From Lama guanicoe (lineage: Eukaryota), in NCBI GenBank assembly GCA_013239625.1, contig MU053629.1:3995567-4059566 (forward strand): DNA of 64,000 nt, given 5' to 3'. Positions 1 through 13,359 of this stretch are shown here, piece after piece. Made by a program: the position numbers and the translations under genes. The notes under the pieces are model-generated. The model was not told the origin of the DNA. It saw nothing but the letters and a program-made list of their open reading frames with translations, and did not search any database. Each line of letters starts with the position of its first letter. Position 1 is the stretch's first letter.

Positions 1-706
1 TGGGGGAGGACAGCAAGGCAGATGCCCGAGAACTGGGTCTTCCTCGTGTTCGCCCTCCTCTGCGTCAGCACCACATAATCATCACACCAATCCAAGAACT
101 GGGGTGTAGCTCTGACTGAGATGAGATGTCCTCCATTCAGCTGAAACAAGGCTCAAAATAGAAATGCAATTCAATTAGGTGGGGACAGTTCTATTTCTCA
201 TTACCTCAGTATGCAGTCTGAGATTTGTACTTGCTACCCAAGGATAAAGGGGACATGATACAGGTTCATACAGGTGAGAAGAGGTGGCTTTCAAAGATAA
301 TCAAACTAACGTTAATTTTTACATCTGCAACACTGGACAACAGAACGTCCATGGACTATTAGGGAAAAGATTTGTGATCCAAGTCTTTGTGTCAGTCAAG
401 ATACTTCTGTCAGGGCATTTTGGGGCACGTGAAGACTGAACAAAAGAATCAAAGAAATACTCAAAACTGGGTTAGAAGAGAGATTGCAAGATACGGGATG
501 AAAAAGTGTACAGGAAATCATAGGAAGGAATGGCTACATATAGTTAAATCTAAATGGTGATGTGATTAATAATTTATAATTTTAAAGTAGGGATTCTTTT
601 CTTTTTCTGTTGAAGTATAGTCACAAAGTAGGGATTCCTGCAACAAAGAAAGCCATGACTGTAAGGAAAAACTTACTAAGAGTCAGAAATGAAATAATCG
701 AAGTCA

Positions 707-908
707 GCAGTGTCCAATGCGGCAGCCACTACTCATATGTGGCTCTTCACATCTAAATTAATTAAAGTTAAATAAAATCAGAGATTCAGCTCTTCAGTTG
801 CACTAGCCACTTTGCACATGTTTAATGGCCACACGTGGGTAGTGGCTACTCTGTTGGGCATTGAATATACATTTCTATTATTGAAGAAAATTCTTTTGGG
901 CATCGCTG
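707..908 (-). mobile_element. MER3-like hAT-Charlie MITE
   Basis: Internal near-palindrome (gtccaatgcggcagccact...atgtggct / gccacacgtgggtagtggctact) around an AT core; resembles the reverse complement of the recalled MER3 consensus. Confidence 0.8.
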
Positions 909-1259
909 GTCTAAATTGTCAGCAAGTCCATGGAAGGGAAAGGATGTTTTGGAGACAGAGGAAAAATAGTATTCTAAAGATCTTCTAAAAGGATAGGGGA
1001 GATGGAAACAGGGAAATCCAGCAGCAAAATTGAAAAGCAGAGCAGAAGCTTCTAAATAAGCAAGTGGTGATGGGATTTGACATAGGAATAAAGAGAAACT
1101 TGATTAAGCCAGAAAAGGCAAAGGAGAAAGAGGGAGAATGGTATAATCAGTAGTAAATATGAAATTAGGTGGGAGAAATAAAACAAAGTTCATTAGTTAT
1201 TATAGTGGCTGTGATCTGGGTGAATTCCCCTATCAGAAGTCAAAAATACCATTTCCAGT

Positions 1260-2135
1260 AGGTATAAAGAGAAAAATCCCTTGGGACAGAACACCTAAAA
1301 TGCTGGATACATTTTTTCAATATATTTTTTAAACATAGTTTGGAGACAGAAAAATAAGGGAGATGTCAGGGCTCAGAAGCATCAAGAAGTCTTGAGTTCA
1401 CAGAAGTAGATACGTTTGCCCAGATGGTATCTGCCTATCCCTGGTGACCCAAAGTCTGGATTTACCAGGCTACGCAGCTGATGGAACAGAAGATGACTCC
1501 TGGGGCTCAACCAAGGTGAGAAATAGGGATCCTGCATACAGCTAGGGACCCAAAATAGGAAAAGAGGTGTCTACAGAGATTTGTCTGCCTCTGTCTTCAC
1601 TGGGGTTGGAGCAGAGTAAAGAAGGGTCTTCCCTGAGAGTCTCTCAGACAAGCCCAGTTTCAAGTGTGTATGGCGCCAGAATCACATTGCCTAAATTGCT
1701 CCCAGTGCTCCCCTCCTCCAAAAATGCTAACTGAAGATGCAATTTAAAGTGATCCCCAGATGCCTGATGAAACAATTGCAAATGCTCCCGGGAGGAACAC
1801 ACTTTACATCTAGGCTGCAAAGAATTCTCACAGATAAACTTCCAGGGAACAGAAGGTCACACTGGAAAAAAAAAGGGGGGGGTGGGGGGAAGAAAATCAT
1901 TAAACAGACGCTACATGAAATGAGAATCAGCAGAAACAACACTGCTGAATCAGATCAACAATGACTGAAGATACTGGAATGATCTGTTATAAAATATAAA
2001 ATAGTTATGTGTGGTTTGTGTAAAGAGATTAAAGAGGCAACTGAATGTACAGCAAAGGGGTGATATAGATCAGATGAATTTGAAAAAGAACTGAATAGAA
2101 TGTCTAGAAATGGCAAATATAATTGAAATGAAAGG
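1260..2135 (+). mobile_element. Ancient L1 (L1M-type) 5'UTR/ORF1 remnant
   Basis: A-rich + strand with ORF1-like decayed sequence (tttgaaaaagaactgaatagaatgtctagaaatggcaaatataattgaaatgaa). Confidence 0.55.
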
Positions 2136-2416
2136 ATTGATTCTGGGAAAGGTGGAGTAAACACACTTTACCTGTCTCTTACTGAATGCAGTGATAAACC
2201 CTGGATAAAATGTATGGACCAGCTATCTGAGGACTTGAAAAGTAAATGTTATCCAATAGATGGGAGAAGGAAACAAGAATCTGAAGTACAAGTGAATTGG
2301 GCGAGTATCTCATTTTTTTTCCCCTCCAGTATTGCTTGGCCTGGACTTAAAGGCAGCCTGAAATCTGGAAGGGCGTATCAAGTACGGGGAGAAAGGACTT
2401 CAATATAGAGCTCTCT

Positions 2417-2568
2417 CTCTCTCTGTCTTTTTAAAAATTTATTGGAGTATAGTCAGTTTACAGTATTGTGTCAATTTCTGGTGTGCAGCATAATGTTTCA
2501 GTCATATATATATACATATATTCGGTTTCATATTCTTTTTCATTATAAGTTGCTATAAGATATTGAAT
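2417..2568 (-). mobile_element. Young 5'-truncated L1 3' end with 11-bp TSD
   Basis: T-rich tail then ttggagtatagtcagtttacagtattgtgtcaatttctggtgt; TSD tagagctctct at 2406-2416 and 2569-2579. Confidence 0.85.
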
Positions 2569-4634
2569 TAGAGCTCTCTTTGATCTGAAGAGTAGGAAGG
2601 GGGCTCCTAAGGATCAGAGGGAGAGGGTTTTCCTGTTTATTTTTTCATTTCCCCCCAGAATCTCCCATCCCAGCCTCCAGGTGGTCCTGCAGCAGTGATA
2701 ATGGTGATGGTGATGACCCCACCAGCCAAGTAGGTGCCTAAAATTCTGAGCGAAAGAAAGCTTTGTCTCTGCCAGAAGACCTGTGAATGCAAGAGCCTGG
2801 GCAATATTTTTTTTTCCCTTTTGTTCCCCTCTGCGTGTTCCCACTGCTTAGCCCCAGACACAGATGCAGTCGTAAGAAGTGCATAGCAGAGCTGGAAACC
2901 TGAAGCCCGGGATTTCTGGCTGGAGGACTGGGAAGGGAGACCCCAGGGATCCAGAAAGTGTTGAAGTGACTGTGGAGAGGAGAGAGTGCGAGAGAGTGAC
3001 CCCATAACCTCATGTATGAACTTCCGGGATCACCTCCCAACTGCGGCTGCATGGATCTGACCCTAAACAGAATATGGAAGGTTTTGAGAACTGAACTATA
3101 GGGCAGACCACTGCCCAGGTCCCAGACTGGCCACTGATGCTGCATGTATTGGACACATTTGAGCAGCACTGCCAAAGTCTTTGAAAACTTAACTGATATT
3201 GGAACCAGAGTCCACAGAAAGTGGGTTGAAACTTATGGCCTGAACCTAGCCTTGGTCAATTGTCTGTGTATAGATATATATATGTGTGTGTATGTATGTA
3301 TAAATCAACATTCACCTTAGTAAACAAGATGCAGAGTCACATAACATGATACACAAAATGTCCAGGATACACTATAAAGTGACTTGGGATATAAAGAACT
3401 AGAAATAATGTCAACTCTGAGTAAAAAGACCATCAACAGATGTCAACCCTGAGAAAATACAGATGTTGAAATGTCACACAAAGACTTTGACACATCTGTT
3501 CTAACTATAAGAAGTAACGGTGAATATTCTTGAATGAAAAGATAGAAAGTCTCAAGAAAGAAACAGAAGATATAAAGAAGAACCAAATGGAAATGACAGG
3601 ACTGCAAAATACCACAACCAAAAATGTAAAATAAATGGATGTCAGACTAGAAGTGACAGAAGAAAGAGTCAATGATCTTGAAGATATAACAATAGAAATT
3701 ATCCAGTCTGAACAATGGAAAGAAAAAGATTGAAAAAATTAAACAAGAGTCTCAGGGACCTGTGGGATGATATGACAATATCAAACATTTATGTCAAACT
3801 GAATCCTAGAAGACATGGAGAAAGAGTGCACCTCAGGAAGTAATAATTTAAAAATGATGGCTGAAAACTTTTCCTCATTTATAGTTTCAAGAAACTCAGC
3901 AAATCTCAAACAGGATAAACTCAAAAAAATCACCTCCCAGACACATGATAGTCAAACTTCTTTAAACTAAAGGCAAAGGGAAAATCTTGCAGATAGTCAG
4001 AGAAAAAAGTGCATTATCTACGGCAAAACATTTATTAGAATGACGGTATCTCATCAGAAACCATGGAGGCTGAAAGGAAGTGAAACATTTTTGAAGGGCT
4101 AAAAGGAATGAGCCACCTGCCCAGAGTGCTAAATCCAGTGGAAATATCCTTTAAGAATAAAGTGAAATAAAAATATCTTCAGATGAAGGAAAATTAAGAG
4201 ACTTTGTTACCAGCACACCTGTTCGAAAGTAAACTTAAGGACGCTCTTCAGATGGGAAGGGAAGTGATACCACAGGGAAACTTGGGACATCGGGAATGAA
4301 GGATGAACAACAGACATGGTAAATATCTGGGTAAATAGACTGTTGACCTTCTTTTGAGTTCGCTGAAATCTGAAAGACAGTGAAAAGCAAAAGTTATGGC
4401 ATTGGTAGATAAAGTTTCAAATGTAGATCTAATATATGACAGTTATAATATGAAGGAAGGAGGGTAAAGGGACTTATCTGGTGGTGAGATTTCTACATTC
4501 CATTTAAGGTAGTAAAGTGTTTCTACTGAGGAGATAGTGAAAGGTTAAGTATGTATATTTCAATTACAAAAAATTATCAAAGAATATAGTGAAAAATACA
4601 ACAGATAAATTAAAACAGAACACTCAAAAATGTT

Positions 4635-5625
4635 TAACAAGCTCATACAACTCAATAACAGCAACAAAAACCCAATTAAAAAATGGGCAGAAGACCTCAA
4701 TAGACATTTCTTCAAAGAAGACATACAGATGGCCAATAGGCACATGAAAAAATGCTCAACATCACTAATTATTAGACAAATGCAAGTCAAAACTGCATTG
4801 AGGTATCACCTCACATCAGTGAGGATGGCCATCGTTAAAAACTCTACAAATAACAAATGTTGGAGAGGGTGTGGAGAATAGGGAACTCTCTTACAGCATT
4901 GGTGGGAATGTAAATTGATGCAGCCACTGTGGCAAACAGGATGGAAGTTCCTTTAAAGACTAAAAATAGAGTTGCCATATGATCCAGCAACCCCACTCCT
5001 GGGCATATATCTGGAGAAAACCCTAATTCGAAAAGATACATACACCCCAATGTTCATAGCAGCACTATTTACAGCAGTCAAGACATGGAAGCAACCTAAA
5101 TGTCCATCGACAGATGAATGGATAAAGATGTGGTGTACGTATATACTATGGAATGCTACTCAGCCACAAAAAAGAATGAAATAATGCCATTTACAGCAAC
5201 ATGGTTGGACCTTGAGATTATCATACTAAGTGAAGGGAGTCAGAAAGAGAAAGACAAACACCATGATATCACTTATATGTGGAACTAAAATATGATACAA
5301 GTGAATTTATTTACAAAATGGAAACGGACTTATAGACATAGAAAACAAACTTATGGTTACCAAAGGGGAAAGGAGGTGAGGGAAGGGTAAATTAGGAGTT
5401 TGGGATTAGCAGATACAAACTAGATAAACAGATAAACAACAAGGTCCTACTGTAGCACAGGGAACTATATTCAATATCCTATAATAAACCATAACGGAAA
5501 AGAATTTGAAAAAGAATATATTTATATGTGTAACTGAATCACTTTGCTATACACCAGAAACTAACACAGCATTGTGAATCAACTATACTTCACTTTAAAA
5601 AAAGATAATAAAACTGACAAGAAAA
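4635..5625 (+). mobile_element. Younger L1: ORF2 C-terminus, 3'UTR and A-tail, inserted in the older L1
   Basis: ORF track 4630-4881 ([14 protein letters not shown]...HMKKCSTSL...KCWRGCGE) and 4972-5184 (PYDPATPLLGIY...WKQPKCPS..EWIK) match the L1 ORF2 C-terminal Cys-rich region; ends in an A-rich tail. Confidence 0.95.
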
Positions 5626-5892
5626 ATTAACCCAAAGAAAGAAGGAAAGGGGAAACAGGAACAAAAAACAGCAAACAGAAAATAAACAATGAAATGACAG
5701 AACTAGGTCCAAACATATCAATAATTACACTAAGTCTAAATGGACTAAACACACCAATTAAAAGATAGAAATGATCGAATTGGATTAAAAAACCCAGGAT
5801 ACCACTATATGCTGCCTATAATTATATTTATATAATTATGATATAGATAGGTTAAAAGGCTGAGATACATGTACTAAAAATCACTGAACAAT

Positions 5893-6019
5893 ATTTTTTA
5901 TTTTTTAATTATTATTATTTTTAATTGAGTTATAGTCAGTTTACAACGGTGTGTCAATTTCTGGTGTACAGCGCAGTTTTTCAGTCATACATGTACATAC
6001 ATGTGTTCATTTTCATATT
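5893..6019 (-). mobile_element. Young L1 3' end fragment
   Basis: Same 3'UTR motif as 2417-2568; short candidate TSD aacaat at 5887-5892 and 6020-6025. Confidence 0.8.
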
Positions 6020-7169
6020 AACAATGTTCTTTAAATGGGTGAATTTATGATATGTGAATTATATTTCAACAAAGCTGTTAAAAAAGATTAAGATGCACCA
6101 TGCAAATACCAATCAAAAGAAAGCTGGAGAGGCTATATTAACATCAGTCCAAGTAGACTGCAGAGCAAAGCAAATGACTAAGAATGAAGAGACGCATCAC
6201 GTAACAATAAAAGGGCCAGTTCACCAAGAAGACGTAACAGTCCTACATGTGTGTGCATGTAATAACAGGACTTCAAAATGCAGGAAGCAAAAACTGATCG
6301 AATTGAAAGGAGACATGGAAAACTCCACAATTAAAGTTGGAGACTTCGTCATTCTTCTCCCAGTAATTAATAGAACAGGTGAATAGAAAGTAGGAAGGGT
6401 ATGGAAGAACTGAGTCATAAAACAGCTGGATCTAATTGAGATTTCTAGAACTTTCCATCAACCATCAGCAGAAAACAAGTTCTTTCCAAATGTGCAAAGA
6501 ACCTTCACCAAGAAAGACCAAAACACAAGTCTTCACAAGTTTAAAATATTGAAGTTACACAAAAGTATGTTATTTGATTAAAATGAAATCAAACTAGAAA
6601 TTTATAGCAGAACAGTAACTGGAAAATCTCTAAAACTTGGAATTTAACACACGTTTAAATCATTCATGGGTCAAAAAGAAAGTCTCATGGGAAATTAGAA
6701 AATGTCGTGAACCAAATGAAAATAAAATATACCAAAGTTAGTGAGATGCAGCTTAAGCAATGCTTACAGGGAAATTGATAGGATTAAATGGTTATATTTG
6801 AAAAGAAAAAATATCTCAAATCACCCTCACAGTCAGGAAACTTTCACCTTCAGATACTAGAAAAAGAGAAATATAAACCCAAAGCAAGCAGAGGGAAGGA
6901 AATAATAAAAGCAAGAGTGAAATTCAGTGAAATTGAAAATGAGGAAACAATAGAGGAAAAAAAAAACAATGAAACAAAAACTTGTTCTTTGAAAAGATCA
7001 ATAAAATTGATAAACCTCTAGGTTCTGACTAGGGGGAAAAAGAGCAAATAGTTACCAATACCAAGAATGAAAGATGAGTTCTCACAACTGACCTCACACA
7101 GATTAAAGTGCTAAGACAGGAATCATAATACAAACAGCAGAAAATGGCAGGCAACACACTATTGAACAG

Positions 7170-8030
7170 AAAAGGAGGATGAAAATATTTCAGCTGATAA
7201 AACTCTCTCTCCAAAACCATTGATGAAGCAGAGCAAAACTACCACAGAGCACCCCAACTTGAATTAAATCTCCTTATACAAACATTGCAGATGTGGAAAA
7301 TAAAGACCCACCTCAAATCAGAAATTCGAAAGCTCAGGAAAGAAACAGACGAACAACAGAAAGATGCAAGATGAGAGTTTGCCAAACTCAGGAAAGGATT
7401 AGCAGAAAAAGACAAATCATCTCAGAAATAAAGAAAAAAAGCTACAAGATGTTCAAAGGAGAATAGATTCGACAGATGAGATAGTAGGGGACTGTAAACA
7501 GCTAAGACTACCAAGATGAAAGAAAGGAAGAGATTTAAAAAGAGTCAGACGGATGGCTAGCAGAGGCAGGCAAGGGAAGAAGATTCAACATTTATGTAAT
7601 TAGAGTCCCTGGAAAAGAAAAAAGCCAAATTAAATAAAACTAAAAATTAAAACTATAATACAATAACAGTCTCTGAAAATAGAGTAGGACCTGCGTCTAG
7701 GTGTTCAGAGAGCTGACTCTGTGTATGGAAAAATAGACCTGGAGCAGTCAACTCCAAGACAGTACATTTTAGGGATAAAGAAGTAAATCCACTGGCCTTG
7801 AATGAAAAACCAATTCTCTTTCAATGGGAAAAAAAAAATCAGTTTGTCATCAGACTTAATAGCAACATATGAAGAAAGAGAACAGTGGAATCTCATTTTC
7901 AAGAAACTCAAGGAAAGAAAGTGTAAGCTAAGGATTTTTAGATTCAGACAAACATAAATATAAAGGCTAGGGAACAGCTTAAACATGCAAGGACTCAGAA
8001 TACCACATTCACAAATCTTTTCTAAGGAAT
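7170..8030 (+). mobile_element. Ancient L1 ORF1-like remnant
   Basis: A-rich + strand, ORF1-like (gattcaacatttatgtaattagagtccctggaaaagaa; agaacagtggaatctcattttcaagaaactcaagg). Confidence 0.55.
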
Positions 8031-8279
8031 CCCCCTGAAGACCACTGCTCTTTTTAAAATTAAGGGGCTTTGGTTCTAGTCTTGCCTGGGCCATTCTTTT
8101 GTGTGACCCTAGCAGGTCACTTCCTCTCTCTGGACTGGATCTTTGAGGTCCCTTTTAGCTTTAACCATGTTAGTTTTACTTGGTCTTAATAAAGATCCTG
8201 GGACTGCAGACTTGGAGAAATAAGGTAGAATGAGCAAGGTCCTATGGTCAGATGGACTTGGATTGGAACACTGCCCCGT

Positions 8280-8445
8280 GCATCCAGCTCTCCATCTATA
8301 CATGCATCCATCTATCCAACCATCCTTCTGTCTAACCATCCAACCATTCAACCATCAGTCCGTCCATCCATCCAGCCAGCCAGCCATCTATCCAACCAAC
8401 TGTTCATCCATCCATCCATCCATCCATTCATCCATGCATCCACTC
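8280..8445. repeat. Degenerate (CCAT)n microsatellite
   Basis: Repeated ccat/tcca units visible directly; abuts an L2 3' end. Confidence 0.9.
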
Positions 8446-8970
8446 ACCAATATTTGAAAACCCCCAGTGAGCTGGGTGCACTGCTAGGTTCTGTGGATAC
8501 AGTGGTGAACCAAGCAAATCTAGGGGGCTTGCATTCTAGTGAGGGAGGTTGACATTTAACTAATAATCACACAAATGTATTATCACAAATTGTAAAGGCT
8601 GGAAGGAAAGTGTGTGGGATTCTCTGAGCATGGATAGAGGTTGGGAATGGGAGGGCCCAGGAAGGTTTCTCTAAGAAGATGCCATCTGGCCTTAGCCCAG
8701 AAGGACTGGGGGGAGTCTCCCAGGAAAGGAGGTGGGGTAGGGCTTCTGGGACAGCATGGACCAAGAGTTCTGGGGCGGGAGGAAGCACAAACCTTTGAGG
8801 GCAATTTGACAGAAGCAAGTGGCCAAGTGGTGTGAGAGAGATAGGGGCCAGGTCCCAGGGTGAGGATGTAGTCTGTCTTCAATAGCAGTGGGAACACACT
8901 GAAGGGTTTGAAACAGAAAGGTATGATTGGAATCATGTATTAAAAAGATCATTCGGACTGCACTGGGGAG
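8440..8970 (-). mobile_element. L2 LINE 3' fragment
   Basis: caatatttgaa...gctgggtgcactgctaggttctgtggatacagtggtgaac and later gaagggtttgaaacagaaaggtatgattggaatc resemble antisense L2. Confidence 0.7.
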
Positions 8971-9774
8971 TGATTCAGTGGTGGGAGGGGCAAATCAGGT
9001 ATTTGCTGTGTGGCTTTGGGTATGTCACTCAACTTCTCTGATCCTTAGTGGCGCACATGTAATATTGAAATAATACTAACCTTCAGGACTTCTGTGAGGA
9101 TAGGATGAAATCAAGTGTGCAGAATGGCACAGGGGAGGAATTTCAATGACAGTGACCCTGCCTTACTATTTAAATCATCTTAGACAAGGTGAAGTCTCTA
9201 AAAACAATTTATGGTATCTTCTTTTCCTCTCCACTCCCTCCCTCTTTGGGTCTTGTGCATTTTATCACACTTTACGATTGTCTCCAGTAAGACTGTAGGT
9301 AACTTGAGTTTTAGTGCGGCACAGTCACGCTGTGCATCAGAAACACCTGTGTGGGGGTGTGAGGGCGCATGCATGGGACAGGAGCCTGACCCCTGAGATC
9401 CCTTCCTCCCTCCGCATCCTTTTCCTGTTAATATTTTTGAGGCTGTAGCTCAGAGCTGTCTGGATCTCTTAGAACAAGAATGACAGGCTTCCTTGCAGGA
9501 CTACCATTTGCAAAGAATGCACAAGAACTACTCTATAAGAGGGGTCTTCTGTCTTGCTTCTCTCTCTCTCTCTTTTTTTTTTTTTTACTACTTTCCATGT
9601 CACTTCAGGAAAATAAACTTGTTTGAAGCTTCAGCTCATCGAGTCCCAAGACAGTTAGAACCCAGCTTTGAAAAAGCTCTGCCCACCACTGTGGGAGAGT
9701 GACAGCTAGAACATCCATCATTGCGCACATATGTCCTATGAAGACTGGACTCAGTATTTTAAGTGCCGACCTCT

Positions 9775-10510
9775 CTTTTTTTAAAATGAGGTTTATTTTA
9801 CACATGATAAAGCATACCACGTGCTGTAATCTTACGTGTACAGCTCAGTGGCATTTTATAGGCGTAACTATCACCCTAATCAAAATCTAGACCATCTCTC
9901 CACTCAGGGAGGTTTCCTGTGTCCCCTTCCCAGACAGTACCACGCCCACCCTGAGAGGTTACACAATTATTCTGACTTCTGCCACCATCAATCAGTTTTG
10001 CCTGTTCTTAAATTTCACAAAAAGGATATCTATGCGCACCCCCCCTTTTTTGGGGGGGGAAGGAGGAGGTAATTAGGTTTATTTATTTATTTACTTATTT
10101 AATGGAGGCACTGGGGATTGAACCCAGGACCTCCCTCATGCTAAGCACACGCTCTACCACTGAGCAGTGCCCTCCCCCCTGTATGTACCCTTTCACTCAG
10201 GCTAATGACGGTGAGATTCAATCACATTGTTGCATGTACTTGCAGATTGCTTATTCTCATTACTTTATAGCATTCCTTTGTATGAATATACCACAACGTG
10301 TTTATCCCGTTATCCTGTGGAGTGTCTGGGTTGTTTCCAGTTTGAGGCTGTTAGGACTAGCGCTTCTGCGGTTGTCGCCAGCGTACGTGTTCAGGTGTAC
10401 ACAAGCGCTCAGTTCTGCTGGGCGTGTGCCCGGAGCGGAACTGCTGAGTCATAGGTTATGCGTATGTCCAGCTTTCCAAAGTGGTTGAACCGTATCACAT
10501 TCCCACCAGG
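9775..10510 (-). mobile_element. Old L1 (L1MB/ME-type) 3' region, interrupted by a SINE
   Basis: ttgttgcatgt...tatgaatataccaca...ggttgtttccagtttgaggct...cacattcccacca is typical antisense L1 3' sequence. Confidence 0.8.
10046..10178 (-). mobile_element. tRNA-Ala-derived SINE (camelid-type)
   Basis: Reverse complement reads gctcagtggtagagcgtgtgcttagcatgagggaggtcctgggttcaatccccagtgcctcca plus an aaataaataaacctaattacctcc tail. Confidence 0.9.
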
Positions 10511-10942
10511 GTCTAAGCGACAGAGAGCCAATTCAAACTAGCTCAGTCGAAAAGTACTGGCTCACATCACCAAACCACGGGACGGGGGAGGAGGAGATCC
10601 TGCCAGGCTCTCGCTGCTTCTCTCTGCACATCAACACCACCGAGTAAGGACTGGCTTCTTGCATGTGTCAGCCTGGCCTCACATTTTGCGGCTCCACTGG
10701 TTGGCCACACCTGGATTCTGCACCAACCCTTGAGGGTCTGCGGTTGGCAGCCCCCATTAGCACCACAGGGTTGGAGGAGGGGATGAGCCATTCTCCGAGA
10801 GGGTAGGCAGAGCTGCCCCTACACTGCACGGTTACTGCAGGGCAGGGCAGGGCAGTGGAGAGACCAGAGCAGTGGCATCGGGTGTCTGGACTCTGTTCCC
10901 ATCTCCGCAGCACTCCCCTTCCACCACGTGACCCTGGGCAGC

Positions 10943-11298
10943 TGCTGTAGACAGAAGTCTTTGTGTCCTCTCAAAAGTCTTCTAATGCCCAGTGTGACAG
11001 TATTAGGAGGTGGGGCCTTTGGGACGTGATTAGGTCACAAGGGTGGAGCCCTCATGAGTGGGGTTAGGATGCTTATAAAAGAGACCCAGAAGATCCCTTG
11101 CTCTCTTCTGTCATGTGAGGACACAGTGAGCAGATTCTGTCTCTGAACCAGGAGCGGGCTAGGCACTGAACACCAAACTTGCCTGTGCCTTGATCTCAGA
11201 CTTCCCGGCCTCCAGAGCTGTGAGGAAGAAATTTCAGTTGTTCATAAGCCACCCAGTCGATGGTAGTTTTACCCCCAGCAGCCGAACGAACTAAGACA
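10943..11298 (+). mobile_element. MLT1A-type MaLR solo LTR inserted into a MIR
   Basis: TG...CA termini; 5-bp TSD gcagc at 10938-10942 and 11299-11303; MLT1A-like body; MIR halves on both sides. Confidence 0.9.
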
Positions 11299-11719
11299 GC
11301 AGCTCTTTTAGCTTCTCTGAGCCTCAGTTTCCTAATGGATGAAAAGGAATAATCACCTAGTAACAGGGTTCTTCTGAGTGTTGAATAGGTCATAACAGCT
11401 GAAGCCTCTTGCTCAGAATGGATGCATAATAATGTTAATATTGTAATATTATAAACTATATATTTTAATATTACAACATAATAAATGTTCCTTCCCTCCC
11501 TGTCGCATCCGAGCAGGAGTTTCTGCCAAGTTGGGATGGGGGTCCCCTCTCCTCATGATCCTTAGAGCTGTGTCCTGTCTCTCAGGGCTTTTCCTTGCTG
11601 CTGATTGAGAAAACAGTGCCCGGGGACAAGTGGCGTGTCACCACCTTGGACTGTGTGTGTGCTTCCTAATGGCTTCATCCAATTACCCTGCTTTGGATTC
11701 CGTGGGAAAGGAGAGATTT

Positions 11720-12070
11720 GGATGCTCAATCAGTTAGGAATGATGTTCTGGGAGAGTCCCTGAACACTTAAAAAAGTTAGTTTCACCTCCTTCCCTTGAG
11801 TAAAAGAAATACGGAGGCAGGCAACCCAGTGTTGGTACAGTGGCTCCTTGATGCCAGCAGAGGGCCAGAATCTTTCCTGTCACTCAAGGTCCAAGTTGGC
11901 TGCTCCACCTCGAGCTAAGCATCCACAGTCCTGATAGGGGAGGGTCCAAAGGTATACGGTGGCCGAGACTCCCCCCTTTTAAGGGGGTTCCTGGAAGTCT
12001 CACGCAGTAATCTGCCCTTATGTCTCATTGACAGTGTCACATGGGCACCCGTGGGAAGGGGGCAAGGGAG
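11720..12070 (-). mobile_element. Old MLT1(J/K/L)-type LTR fragment
   Basis: tctgcccttatgtctcattgacagtgtcacatgggcacc and ccaagttggctgctccacctc are old MLT1 antisense motifs. Confidence 0.55.
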
Positions 12071-12399
12071 GCTGGGAACCTCTGCAAGGGCTTCATTAAT
12101 GTTTATTGTTATGGTCCTGAGGTGGTTCCAAGACCCCATAGGCAGAGGCTGGTAGCTTTCTCTGGGTAATTTTGGAAATATCATCCCAGAGTAGACAAGC
12201 ACAATCACTATGGAGGACACTTTTTCCTTTCCAGGCTGTCTGGCTAAAGGGACATGGAGAGCAGGTTCCAGTGGTAGAGCTGAGGGCATCAATGTCAGAT
12301 GGGCAATCAGGAGCGAGAAGAGCTGCCTGGAGGAGGAGTCACTGAGGCTTGGCAGCGGCTATATGCTGACTGGACCAGGGCCACCAGTCAGTGCCCACT

Positions 12400-12870
12400 G
12401 AGGCCACAGCCACAGCCCCTCCTAAGGAAAATGCCAAGTGCTCCAGGTGGCCTCGTTCTGCCCCAGGTGACCCTGTGCCACCCTTTGCCCCTTGGTCTCA
12501 GCTGATGGGACGAAAGCCTGGCACCTAACCGACGAGCAGCCTGCCGATCCACAGACGGGCCAGCCCCCCACGTCCTCACTCAAAGAACTATCCAGCCATT
12601 CAGGTTGCCTGGTCCGGGAACTTGACCTGACTGTTGGGAAAGAACTTGCAGAGGGGAGCAGAACAAAAGGAAGTAGACCCTGGGGAAACGTTCTGCCGCT
12701 GTGTGCCTGGTCTTGTCCTGGATTCTGTGTAGTCTGTCATCAGCCTGGCCCATGGCGGCACCAGGTCAGGACTCCATCAGTTTCCCTCCCCGCTCCCATC
12801 GTGGAGCCCTCCCCACCACCAACTCTCTCCCTCTGAGCTGGAGGGCCTCTGTTGCTTGCAACCAAACACA
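12400..12870 (+). mobile_element. LTR16-like ERVL LTR remnant
   Basis: Ends in ctgttgcttgcaaccaaa, the recalled LTR16/MLT 3' signature; highly diverged. Confidence 0.45.
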
Positions 12871-13359
12871 CCAGCCCTCGGCAGCTGTAAACCAAGGTCC
12901 TCAAGTGCTTCATACAGAGATTCAGTTGATTTCAATGAATGGAGTCAAAAATCAAGCTTTTGGGAGTTCATTCTGGGGAGGGTGAGACATCTGACAGTGT
13001 TGCCAATAGTCCTGCAAATTCATTGAAAAAGTTCAGCATCGAAGATAGAATTCTCTGTGCTTACGAGTGTGAATTTGAATGAATGTAAATTCATGAATAT
13101 AAATTTTAGGAGAACACAGCAGCATGGTAAAAACGATATTCATATCCAATTAGGAAATTCATGGAGCAGAAATGAACTTAGAATTGGCGTGGTGCAAATA
13201 TAATTGAAAATTGGGATAAACCAAGCTGTGTTGGTCTATCAATTGAAAAAGAAACTGTAGTTATTTGTATGTACAGACACACACATATATAAAGAGTAAT
13301 TACACTATGATATTTTTGTGGCAAAGATGTTTAATATAAGACATATTTCAATATGGCAG

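Larger units (their letters stand above)
2140..7160 (+). mobile_element. Old L1 (L1MB/MC-type): 5'UTR, ORF1 and ORF2 endonuclease remnants, interrupted by younger inserts
   Basis: ORF 6054-6386 resembles the L1 endonuclease (HANTNQKKAGEAIL...IKGPVHQEDVT...VGDF); ORF 6788-7021 (KPKASRGKEIIKARVKFSEIE) resembles the ORF2 linker; 3500-4300 is ORF1-like; many stops and frameshifts. Confidence 0.85.

Noticed and set aside
4630..7021. Active LINE-1 or host gene from the ORF2-like ORFs
   Set aside because: Fragments come from different elements, are out of order (C-terminus before endonuclease) and are disrupted; no RT core seen
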